From Candidatus Heimdallarchaeota archaeon (GTDB lineage: Archaea > Asgardarchaeota > Heimdallarchaeia > Heimdallarchaeales > Heimdallarchaeaceae), in NCBI GenBank assembly GCA_021399345.1, contig JAAFKI010000045.1, forward strand, positions 191,965-255,964: a stretch of 64,000 nt of DNA. Direction: 5' to 3'. How positions within the stretch are numbered: the first letter of the stretch is position 1; every line of letters begins with the position of its first letter. This document shows positions 55,920-64,000 of the stretch, piece by piece. A model generated the notes under the pieces. The model saw nothing but the letters and a program-made list of their open reading frames with translations, was not told where the DNA came from and made no database searches. Both the position numbers and the translations under genes were made by a program.

Positions 55920-57710
55920 ATGTCTCTGGAGAAAATCTATAAGAGTATGTTTTTGCTGACTATATTACTTGGCATAGGTTTTCATAGTCCCTCAACTGCA
56001 ATTTTTGGAGAAGGTCCTAATGTTCAAACAAATGATTTCACAATGATAACAAAACCTCAAACATTTTTGATACAAAGTGATCCAATTCACATTACCAATG
56101 ATAATGACTTTTTAGTCTTCCCAGGAAGTGGAACAAAAACAGATCCCTATAGGTTAGAGAACTACAATATATCCTCTGAAATTCAAAATTTCGGAATGAA
56201 CATCAGCGATACAACTAAGTATTTTGTTATTCAGAACTGCTTCATTAAAGTTAAACAAGTAGGGATATGGATATCATGGATTTCCCATGGTACAGCAGAA
56301 ATAAAAAATAATACTTGTATTGGACATGACACCTATGGTATAGACCTCTGGGATGCGCCGGGAACGTTAATAGATAATAATTCTCTTACTTCTAATAATA
56401 TAAACGGGATAAATTGTATAGACTCAGATGATGTAACTATTTCGAATAATATACTTTCTCTAAATGAAGAAAATGGTGTTTCTATCCGATTTAGTGATGA
56501 TATTACTATCTCCAATAATATTTGTGAGCAAAACCAAGTTGGAATAGAGGTGTATTTTAGCCGTATTCCAATCTTAGAACAGAATTATTGTTTTGATAAC
56601 AAAAAATCAGGAATTTATCTTTGGGAGATTAATACGGGTGACATTAAACAAAATCAACTTTATGGAAATTTAGGTCCAGCCTTTCATTTTAAGGATTCAG
56701 AAGTTGTTCATCTCAAAGAAAATGAAGTAATAAACAACACGATAGGATTCTATTTGGATGAATCACATTATTTTGATATCTATAATAACAGTATTTCAAA
56801 CAATAAAAATAAAGGAATCTACTTATTTAACTCAAACGAATGTAAAATAACCTACAATTTTATAGAACTTAATACTGGATATGGTATAATGTTAAATTAC
56901 TCCTCAAGTAATTTGATTCATCACAATAATTTTATTCAAAATAATCTTGGGGGATTAAGCCAAGCATATTCAAAAGATGGAATCAATAATTTCTGGTATG
57001 AGGATGAAATGGATAAAGGTAATTTCTGGAATGAGTGGTTGGGAACTGGTGATTATTTTATTGAGGGGTTCTGGGGAGAATTTGATTTGTACCCACTAGA
57101 AGAGCCTGTAAAAATACCACGAATTGAAATAGAAGAACAAAATTGGTATTTTTATATAATAGTCATTATACTTCCATTAGGAGTTCTGATCTATATTATT
57201 TCATTTTTCAGTAAAAAACGGAGAGTTGGGTTCGCTCATTACACAAAGGAAACATCAGACTATATCTATTTTAAAAGAAAAATTGCTTACAGCAAAGAAG
57301 TTGGGGTCGGACTATTTCGATTTGGAATGAAAGGAGGAGAAGTTGTTAAAGCAGATCTAGAATCCTTTGACGTAAACTTGGATGAATTCATAGGTTTCTG
57401 CTATGTTACAGTTGGTCAAGGTCATAGATATGAAACTGGTGTTTATGGACCGCTTCCAGCACCTTCAATCATCGGTCACAGCATGATAATTTTTACATTC
57501 TGGGGCAAAGATGATGTGCAATCAGATCCACGATTCAAAGGCAAACAATACTATCTAGTATCCGTGATTTTTCCAGAAAATAAAACAGAACACCTGATAA
57601 AAAATGATGTCATGAATAAGAGATTTCGTACCTACATCAAGAAATTCAAGTATCCAAATAGGTTGTCATCAGAAGAACTGAATTTCTTCAAAGAGATAGT
57701 GTTTATCTGA
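55920..57710 (+). CDS. Membrane protein: NosD-like parallel beta-helix ectodomain, TM helix, cytoplasmic alpha/beta domain
   Basis: GSGTKTDPY; repeated I.NN....N..GI; GNFW; DLYPL; TM WYFYIIVIILPLGVLIYIISFF-SKKRR. Confidence 0.8.
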   Translation: MSLEKIYKSMFLLTILLGIGFHSPSTAIFGEGPNVQTNDFTMITKPQTFLIQSDPIHITNDNDFLVFPGSGTKTDPYRLENYNISSEIQNFGMNISDTTKYFVIQNCFIKVKQVGIWISWISHGTAEIKNNTCIGHDTYGIDLWDAPGTLIDNNSLTSNNINGINCIDSDDVTISNNILSLNEENGVSIRFSDDITISNNICEQNQVGIEVYFSRIPILEQNYCFDNKKSGIYLWEINTGDIKQNQLYGNLGPAFHFKDSEVVHLKENEVINNTIGFYLDESHYFDIYNNSISNNKNKGIYLFNSNECKITYNFIELNTGYGIMLNYSSSNLIHHNNFIQNNLGGLSQAYSKDGINNFWYEDEMDKGNFWNEWLGTGDYFIEGFWGEFDLYPLEEPVKIPRIEIEEQNWYFYIIVIILPLGVLIYIISFFSKKRRVGFAHYTKETSDYIYFKRKIAYSKEVGVGLFRFGMKGGEVVKADLESFDVNLDEFIGFCYVTVGQGHRYETGVYGPLPAPSIIGHSMIIFTFWGKDDVQSDPRFKGKQYYLVSVIFPENKTEHLIKNDVMNKRFRTYIKKFKYPNRLSSEELNFFKEIVFI

Positions 57711-57850
57711 CTAATAGAACCTATGAGTTGGGGAATTGTTTTTGTAGGACTACAAAAAAGCGAGGTCTAGGCATTTTTTTGAAATTCCACATACTTTTTA
57801 TTTTAGAATGTTTTTGTTGTCTTAGGTTAAGTTTCAAAGCAAGTGATTTT

Positions 57851-58852
57851 ATGAAATATAGAAAAGTTGGAAAATCAGGATTAAAAGTTAGTGAAATTTC
57901 CTTAGGTTCATGGCTAACATATGGCGGATCAGTAGAAAATGAAGTAGCAAAAAAATGTATGACTACTGCAATTGAAAATGGTATTAATTTTATAGATTCA
58001 GCTGAAATTTATGCAAAGGGAGGAGCAGAAATGGTAATAGCTGATTTCCTCGCTGAAGAAACTTTCAATAGAAAAGATCTAGTCATTTCTAGTAAAGTCT
58101 TCTGGGCAATGAACGATTATGATGTTAATGATTGGGGATTAAGTCGTAAGAATATCATGAATGCAATCGAAGGTACTCTTGATAGATTGAATATGGATTA
58201 CATTGACATTTACTTCATGCACAGATATGATTACATGACTCCTCTAAGAGAAACTGTAGAAATTCTAGATGACTTGATAAGAGATGGCAAAGTTAGATAC
58301 TGGGGAACTTCCGTATGGACCGCTGCACAGTTAGAAAGAGCAAACGCAATTGCTAAAGATATTAGAGCACATAAACCTGTTGTTGAACAGCCCCTATACA
58401 ATATGTTGGTAAGATACATAGAAATGGAAATCATGTCTGTAGCTAAAACTCATGGAATGGGATTCACAGTTTGGTCTCCTCTAGCTCAGGGTCTATTAAC
58501 TGGAAAATATAATGATGGTATTCCAGAAGGTAGCAGAGCTGATAAATCAGAATTTCTGAAGAAAAATCTTACTGAGGAGACAATTGAAAAAGTGAAAAAA
58601 CTGGGTGAAATTGCTTCTTCGCTTGAAATAACAATTGGTCAATTAGCTCTTGCCTGGATTCTACGACGACCAGAAATCTCTTCAGCCATAATTGGAGCCA
58701 CTAAACCAGAACATGTTATTGAAAATGTGAAAGCTTCAGATGTAGAACTATCAAAGGATACACTTTCTCAGATAGAAGAAATATTGGATAATGAGCCAGA
58801 GTGGCCTTTAACTTACAAGCCAAATTACTATTATAAGGATAAAATGAGATAG
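57851..58852 (+). CDS. Aldo/keto reductase (Kv-beta/AKR6-like)
   Basis: SGLKVSEISLGSW, DSAEIY, SSKVFW, HRYD, WSPLAQGLLTGKY. Confidence 0.92.
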   Translation: MKYRKVGKSGLKVSEISLGSWLTYGGSVENEVAKKCMTTAIENGINFIDSAEIYAKGGAEMVIADFLAEETFNRKDLVISSKVFWAMNDYDVNDWGLSRKNIMNAIEGTLDRLNMDYIDIYFMHRYDYMTPLRETVEILDDLIRDGKVRYWGTSVWTAAQLERANAIAKDIRAHKPVVEQPLYNMLVRYIEMEIMSVAKTHGMGFTVWSPLAQGLLTGKYNDGIPEGSRADKSEFLKKNLTEETIEKVKKLGEIASSLEITIGQLALAWILRRPEISSAIIGATKPEHVIENVKASDVELSKDTLSQIEEILDNEPEWPLTYKPNYYYKDKMR

Positions 58853-58956
58853 TTATCTTCTCTTTTTTTCCAACAATTTCTTTCTTCTTAATTATGAACG
58901 TTTAAATATCAGATATTGCAATTATACTCCAGTTTGTTTAATTCAGAGGGGAGAAT

Positions 58957-61900
58957 TTGAGCAAAAACGGAAGTAAATTTATATTTCCTAGATTTTTTAT
59001 AGTTAATATGAGAAGAATCCTAGCTTTCACAATTTCAGTTTTATTCTTAGTAAGCAGTATTTCTTACAATAGTAGTGGATTAAATGAGTATCAACCAGAT
59101 TTCACTACATCGAATTTACCTTCAACTGAAATAGGATTATTGGAAGGGGAATCAACTAATCATATCAATCAATTTACTACAGATATTGAATTGAAAACTT
59201 TCTCATCTTCATCAGATCATTATTACACTGAACCAATTACATTATTCATAGACGACAATATTTTACCTGAAACTGTAGGGGGTATTCTGGATATTAGTTT
59301 TTATGATAACACTGATCCAGAAGCACCAGTTTATTTAGGAAGCAGTAAATGGAATGAAAAAGAGGCAAGATGGGAATTAACTGTAACATTTGATAAACCC
59401 GGAATAAAAGCTATAACAGCAGACATAACAACAACTGGGGGGTATACAACTCAAACTTCATCACTAGTACAAATAAATGATGAAATAAATGGAATAGATG
59501 GGGATTATTATTCAGCAGTATTTGGTAGCGATACAATCTGGGAAATTGGAAATGAGGGAACTTCAGGTCATTTTGAAGATCATGCATATGAAATTTGGTT
59601 AGGTATAGATGCTGAAATTCAATTAGACGTACAACTTCATGAAATTACAAAAGCTTATTATGATTCATCTACTGCTAAATGGCACCCAACAAAAGAATCA
59701 GTAGTAAGGCTCACAGCTGAAGCATATAGAATCCATGGGATTATTTATCATGAATCTTTTGGAAATATCTTCAAGTTTCAAGTGAGTGATATAGAAGCAG
59801 ATGATTATGTTAGCCTTGGAAAAGCTGAGTACAGATGGTTTGGAGATAGCAACGACGATTATGTTTACATACATAATAAAGAAACTACTTTTTCTGGTAG
59901 TTATTGTATTGGAATGAAGATAGATATTGATTTGGACCTTTCGGCTTGGACAGATGATGGCAAATCATGGAGTACAGGAAGTTACGATTATCGCTGGTTA
60001 TATTTTGGTTTTAAAGCACAAGCTAGCGATTTAACTGTTGTTGCATCAGCTATTGCTGATGAATATCACTTGCTAGTATATGATAGAGAACCACCTTCAA
60101 TGAATGGACCTGTGGTAGACGATATAAGATATTATTATGGTGGATTACATGTTACAAATCCTGAATATCTTAAAAACAGTGTTAAATTTAGAGCTGATTT
60201 CACTCCAATGGCAGGGATGCCTAGTACAGGTACTCATGAATATCGTTGGAGACTTGATTTAGGTACATGGAGTGCATGGATAGCAACAACTAATACCTAC
60301 GCTGTAAGCCCCTATTTTAATAAAGGTAGTTCTGGAACTTCAATGGTTACGGTTGAAGTGAGGGATACATATTACTATAATACACGTGATTATGCTGAGC
60401 AATTCAATTGGGATTATACAGACTCAATTTCAAGTGTTAATTATGATAATTTGGTGAAATCAAGCTCATCTTCGTTAGATGATATCACTTCGGGAACTTT
60501 ACAGTTATCACAAAATTACGCGAATCCAACTGACAGTGGCTGTGGAGTTGACAGATCAGAGGATATTTGGAAATACATAGACATCAATAATAATTGGCAA
60601 ACAATTGGTGTGGGGGATGTGATTATTAACTGGAATGTAGATAACTTACCTGATGCAGATCCAGGTTATCAATTGAGTTATTATACTGAGGATAGACTTG
60701 GCAATGGAGACACAAATACAGCAATTTGGGTTAAGACAAACAACAAGGGGCCAGTCTTAAATACTGCCTCAACACGTTTAAGTAAATCGTATACTGTGGG
60801 AAATACAATCTATGTTGATGATACAACAGATTGGACTGTTTATGCATATGACAATGTGGGAACATATGAAAGAGATGATGGGATTCAGAGCATGTATGTT
60901 AGAATTTGGACTGATATCGCATATCCTCTTGTTTATGAAATTCATTATGAAGATACAGTAACAGGTTTTACGTACGCTTATACATCAGGTGGTCATAAGG
61001 TTTACACTCTAACTCTTACTGATCTTTTTGATCTCCCTGCTTTGACTGGTATTCACAATAAACAAATCTATCTCGATTTCAAAATCTATGATGGTTTAGG
61101 TGCTGAATCAACATTTATGCGATATGGTGTAGAGATAAGGATGGATTATAGTGCAGAGCATCATGGTGCAAGTTTAGAGTTGTCTAATGTTAGTCCAACT
61201 TATACATATCTAAGTGTAACCTATATTAGTGGAATTACACGATTGGCTGTTACAGGCAATGACCCAGACATAAGTGATTATGAATGGTTTGTGGGTTCTA
61301 CTTCTTTAGCAATTACTAACAGCAATTATTACGACTTAAACAGTGAAACACTTGTAGATGGTAATAGTTACAATTTCAAAGTTAAAGTAACGGATATATT
61401 TGGTAACACCTTTACTTCAGCTATAACACAACAATACACAGCAGATAATACGATCCCAGAAGTTAATATCACAAGCATATTTGATTATAATCTGCTAAAG
61501 GGGACAGTATCACTGGAGTGGACAACCGAATTTACTGATATTCAGGATGCCTTCTGGCAATATCGATTTTGGAATGGCACAAATTGGATAGATTGGCAAA
61601 ATATAACTGATTCAGATAGTGACTTTTACAATCCATTACTTTGGGATACATACGTTTTACCAGAATACTCAACTTATGAAATTCAGATAAAAATTGTTGA
61701 TAAAGTTAGTTTAACCGCTACAGATGTAGTTGGGCAAATTACCATAGATAATGTTAGCCCTACAATTTTAGAAATTCCTGATAATTTAGCCTATGAATTA
61801 GGTTCAGTTAATAATATACTTTCATTCAATGTAACTGATCTAAATCCTTCATTTTATAGTGTTTATAGAGAAAATGTTTTCTTATATGATAACAATTGGA

Positions 61901-62943
61901 CAAATATCGATTTGATAGAAATAGATGTAGATGGTTTAGACGTAGGTATCTACTACTACTATCTTGTATTTCATGATAGCTTTGAAAATAACATAACAAC
62001 AAGTGAAATATCTGTTACTGTAGAAGATACAACTCCTCCAATAGTAACTGAACCTGCTGATTATAGCTATGTTGTCGGTAGTACTGGTAATACGATAGAA
62101 TGGACTGCAACTGACTTAAAACCCTCGAGCTATTCTATTTATCTCAATGATTCTTACTTATATGGTGGAGCTTGGTTTAGTGGTGAGGTAATAGTAGTAA
62201 ATGTAGATGGTTTAAGTGTTGGTACATATTCTTATCGAATTATTTTCTATGATCTGCACAGTAATTCGTTGTCTAATATAGTAAATGTAACTGTTATAGC
62301 AGATGGTTCAAATCCGTTTCTAGCTGAACAAGAAGACATTATCTATGAGTTGGGTGATGTTGGAAATGAAATTGTTTGGAATGCAAATGATGTGAATCCA
62401 GACACATATATTTTGTACATTAATGATGTGCTTGATGTGTCCGATACTTGGACTAATGAAAATGTAATTTCTGTTAACGTAGACGGACTTGATACAGGAG
62501 AATATCTTTACAGAATTGAATTCTATGATCAATATGATAACATGGTTTATGATGAAGTTCTTGTAGTAGTTGAAGATACTACTATTCCAGAAATAATAGG
62601 ACCATTCGATAAGAACTACGAAGAGGGGAGTTCAGGGAACACAATAAGTTGGAGTGTTTTGGATTTAAAACCAAACGAGTATATTCTCTATATTAACAGT
62701 ACCTTGAACAAAACAGGAACATGGTCCAATTCAGAAGCACTAGTATTCAACATCGATGGTCTTTCTCCTGGAACGTATAATTATACATTAGTTGTCTTTG
62801 ATACAAGTGGAAATTATGCTTCTGATGAAGCTTTCATAACTGTTACGGCAAAAACAAAAAGAACCTCAGGATATAGCATTATTCTAGCTCTAATGACTAT
62901 TTCAGTAACCGTGTTCACAATACGCAAGAAAAGAAGATACTAA
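58957..62943 (+). CDS. Large cell-surface protein with four C-terminal Ig-like repeats and a CTERM-type anchor
   Basis: Signal peptide; about 90-aa repeats (D..P....P.D..Y..G..GN.I.W...D..P..Y...VDGL..G.Y.Y); SGY-TM-RKKRR terminus. Confidence 0.85.
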   Translation: MSKNGSKFIFPRFFIVNMRRILAFTISVLFLVSSISYNSSGLNEYQPDFTTSNLPSTEIGLLEGESTNHINQFTTDIELKTFSSSSDHYYTEPITLFIDDNILPETVGGILDISFYDNTDPEAPVYLGSSKWNEKEARWELTVTFDKPGIKAITADITTTGGYTTQTSSLVQINDEINGIDGDYYSAVFGSDTIWEIGNEGTSGHFEDHAYEIWLGIDAEIQLDVQLHEITKAYYDSSTAKWHPTKESVVRLTAEAYRIHGIIYHESFGNIFKFQVSDIEADDYVSLGKAEYRWFGDSNDDYVYIHNKETTFSGSYCIGMKIDIDLDLSAWTDDGKSWSTGSYDYRWLYFGFKAQASDLTVVASAIADEYHLLVYDREPPSMNGPVVDDIRYYYGGLHVTNPEYLKNSVKFRADFTPMAGMPSTGTHEYRWRLDLGTWSAWIATTNTYAVSPYFNKGSSGTSMVTVEVRDTYYYNTRDYAEQFNWDYTDSISSVNYDNLVKSSSSSLDDITSGTLQLSQNYANPTDSGCGVDRSEDIWKYIDINNNWQTIGVGDVIINWNVDNLPDADPGYQLSYYTEDRLGNGDTNTAIWVKTNNKGPVLNTASTRLSKSYTVGNTIYVDDTTDWTVYAYDNVGTYERDDGIQSMYVRIWTDIAYPLVYEIHYEDTVTGFTYAYTSGGHKVYTLTLTDLFDLPALTGIHNKQIYLDFKIYDGLGAESTFMRYGVEIRMDYSAEHHGASLELSNVSPTYTYLSVTYISGITRLAVTGNDPDISDYEWFVGSTSLAITNSNYYDLNSETLVDGNSYNFKVKVTDIFGNTFTSAITQQYTADNTIPEVNITSIFDYNLLKGTVSLEWTTEFTDIQDAFWQYRFWNGTNWIDWQNITDSDSDFYNPLLWDTYVLPEYSTYEIQIKIVDKVSLTATDVVGQITIDNVSPTILEIPDNLAYELGSVNNILSFNVTDLNPSFYSVYRENVFLYDNNWTNIDLIEIDVDGLDVGIYYYYLVFHDSFENNITTSEISVTVEDTTPPIVTEPADYSYVVGSTGNTIEWTATDLKPSSYSIYLNDSYLYGGAWFSGEVIVVNVDGLSVGTYSYRIIFYDLHSNSLSNIVNVTVIADGSNPFLAEQEDIIYELGDVGNEIVWNANDVNPDTYILYINDVLDVSDTWTNENVISVNVDGLDTGEYLYRIEFYDQYDNMVYDEVLVVVEDTTIPEIIGPFDKNYEEGSSGNTISWSVLDLKPNEYILYINSTLNKTGTWSNSEALVFNIDGLSPGTYNYTLVVFDTSGNYASDEAFITVTAKTKRTSGYSIILALMTISVTVFTIRKKRRY

Positions 62944-62998
62944 TCTTTTTTTCTCAAAACTCTTTTATAATTACTTCAATTTACAGATTCATTGATTA

Positions 62999-63874
62999 GT
63001 GATTAAAATGGTTCTTTTATTTGGTAATAGACCTTTTGAATTTTCAGATTTTTTCGCGTTATTTCAAGATGGACAATTTGATATGTCTAAGCTTGATTAT
63101 ATCCAGATTGTAAACAAAAATATTGAAGCAGGTTTCAAACATATTGAAATAACAGGAGATCTAGTGTATGTTCTACCTGGAATTTTATCATCTAAAACAA
63201 TTTCAAAGCTTATTGAACTTAAAGACGAGAAGGGAATCACATTTTCTGTCCACTTACCTTTATGGGCAATTGAACCCGCAGCATTTTCTCCCCATATTCG
63301 AGAGGCATCTGTTAAAAGCTTTGTTGATGTCATCGAATTGACTAAACCATTAGACCCTTTATGTTGGGTTTTGCATCCAACAGGAGCTTTAACAGTTGAA
63401 TTCATGAACATGAATCTGCCAGAATTCGCTCAAGAAATGATGATGCAGCAATTCACTTCTTATGCGACAAATACCATAAAGGAAACTTTAGAACGGACAA
63501 ATATTCCTTCAAGAAAACTTGCTGTGGAAAACATAGAATATCCATTTGACCTAATGTATCCAATAATTCAACAAATGGATTTGAGTATCTGTTTTGATAC
63601 GGGTCATTTATTAGCAGGATTTTCAGGTCAAATTTCCATTATGGAATTCATAGACAAGTATTATGATAGAATAATTGAACTTCATTTACATGATGGAAAG
63701 TTCCCCAGAATTGATCATAAACCTCTTGGAGAGTATGACCTACCTGTTAGAGAATTACTGCTGAAACTTCTTGAAAAGAATTTTGCTGGACCACTAATAT
63801 ATGAACTTAATTTGCAGGAAGCCATTCAGTCGATGGATTATATTAAAAACAATATTCCTGAAGCACTGGTTTAG
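62999..63874 (+). CDS. AP-endonuclease-2/TIM-barrel metal hydrolase (CbiR-like)
   Basis: SVHLP, VLHP, AVEN, CFDTGH, HLHDG, DH, YEL. Confidence 0.75.
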   Translation: MIKMVLLFGNRPFEFSDFFALFQDGQFDMSKLDYIQIVNKNIEAGFKHIEITGDLVYVLPGILSSKTISKLIELKDEKGITFSVHLPLWAIEPAAFSPHIREASVKSFVDVIELTKPLDPLCWVLHPTGALTVEFMNMNLPEFAQEMMMQQFTSYATNTIKETLERTNIPSRKLAVENIEYPFDLMYPIIQQMDLSICFDTGHLLAGFSGQISIMEFIDKYYDRIIELHLHDGKFPRIDHKPLGEYDLPVRELLLKLLEKNFAGPLIYELNLQEAIQSMDYIKNNIPEALV

Positions 63875-63932
63875 CTTGCTCTAAAATCTAACAAATGTAA
63901 AAACTTATTTGGTTCATATATTATTGATAATT

Positions 63933-64000
63933 ATGGCACTTGTGATTTCCACAGAACTAAATGTTGGTTATGATAAATTCAAAGAAGTAGAAAAAGCTAC
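63933..64000 (+). CDS. 5' end of a CDS truncated by the window edge (MALVISTELNVGYDKFKEVEKA...)
   Basis: ATG with open frame to the window end. Confidence 0.35.
   Translation, partial: MALVISTELNVGYDKFKEVEKA

Noticed and set aside
57728-57850. N-terminal extension of the aldo/keto reductase
   Set aside because: Family similarity begins at the ATG at 57851; the upstream sequence looks intergenic
1867-63411. Many 60-126 aa ORFs nested in or antisense to long genes
   Set aside because: They have no recognisable motifs and are fully overlapped by well-supported CDSs

Overview
AT-rich archaeal chromosomal segment with no mobile elements or CRISPR array. The gene content points to an Asgard archaeon, probably Heimdallarchaeia-like (inference). 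Evidence includes longin-domain proteins, a Rag/Arf-like small GTPase, a eukaryote-type RPB5, Tsr3, AK6, proteasome subunits and large surface proteins with C-terminal anchors. Housekeeping genes include pheS/pheT, psmB/psmA, tsr3, cofD/cofC, PGM/PMM, class II FBP aldolase and class I FBPase. RNA genes are RNase P RNA and three tRNAs (Arg-GCG, intron-containing Thr-CGT, Arg-CCT). Main candidates for a second look: (1) a single-pass membrane protein with a cytoplasmic Regnase/NYN-type RNase domain, directly downstream of the RNase P RNA and upstream of a psmB-psmA-beta-CASP run; (2) membrane-anchored and soluble longin+winged-helix proteins together with a Rag-like GTPase; (3) a two-domain eukaryote-like RPB5 with a tandem-repeat basic tail; (4) an apparently complete bacillithiol pathway (bshA, bshB, bshC) with an atypical TrxB-like reductase; (5) a PlsY lacking its catalytic His and a GcvH-like protein lacking the lipoyl-lysine. 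All family calls come from motifs recognised by eye; no database search was run.
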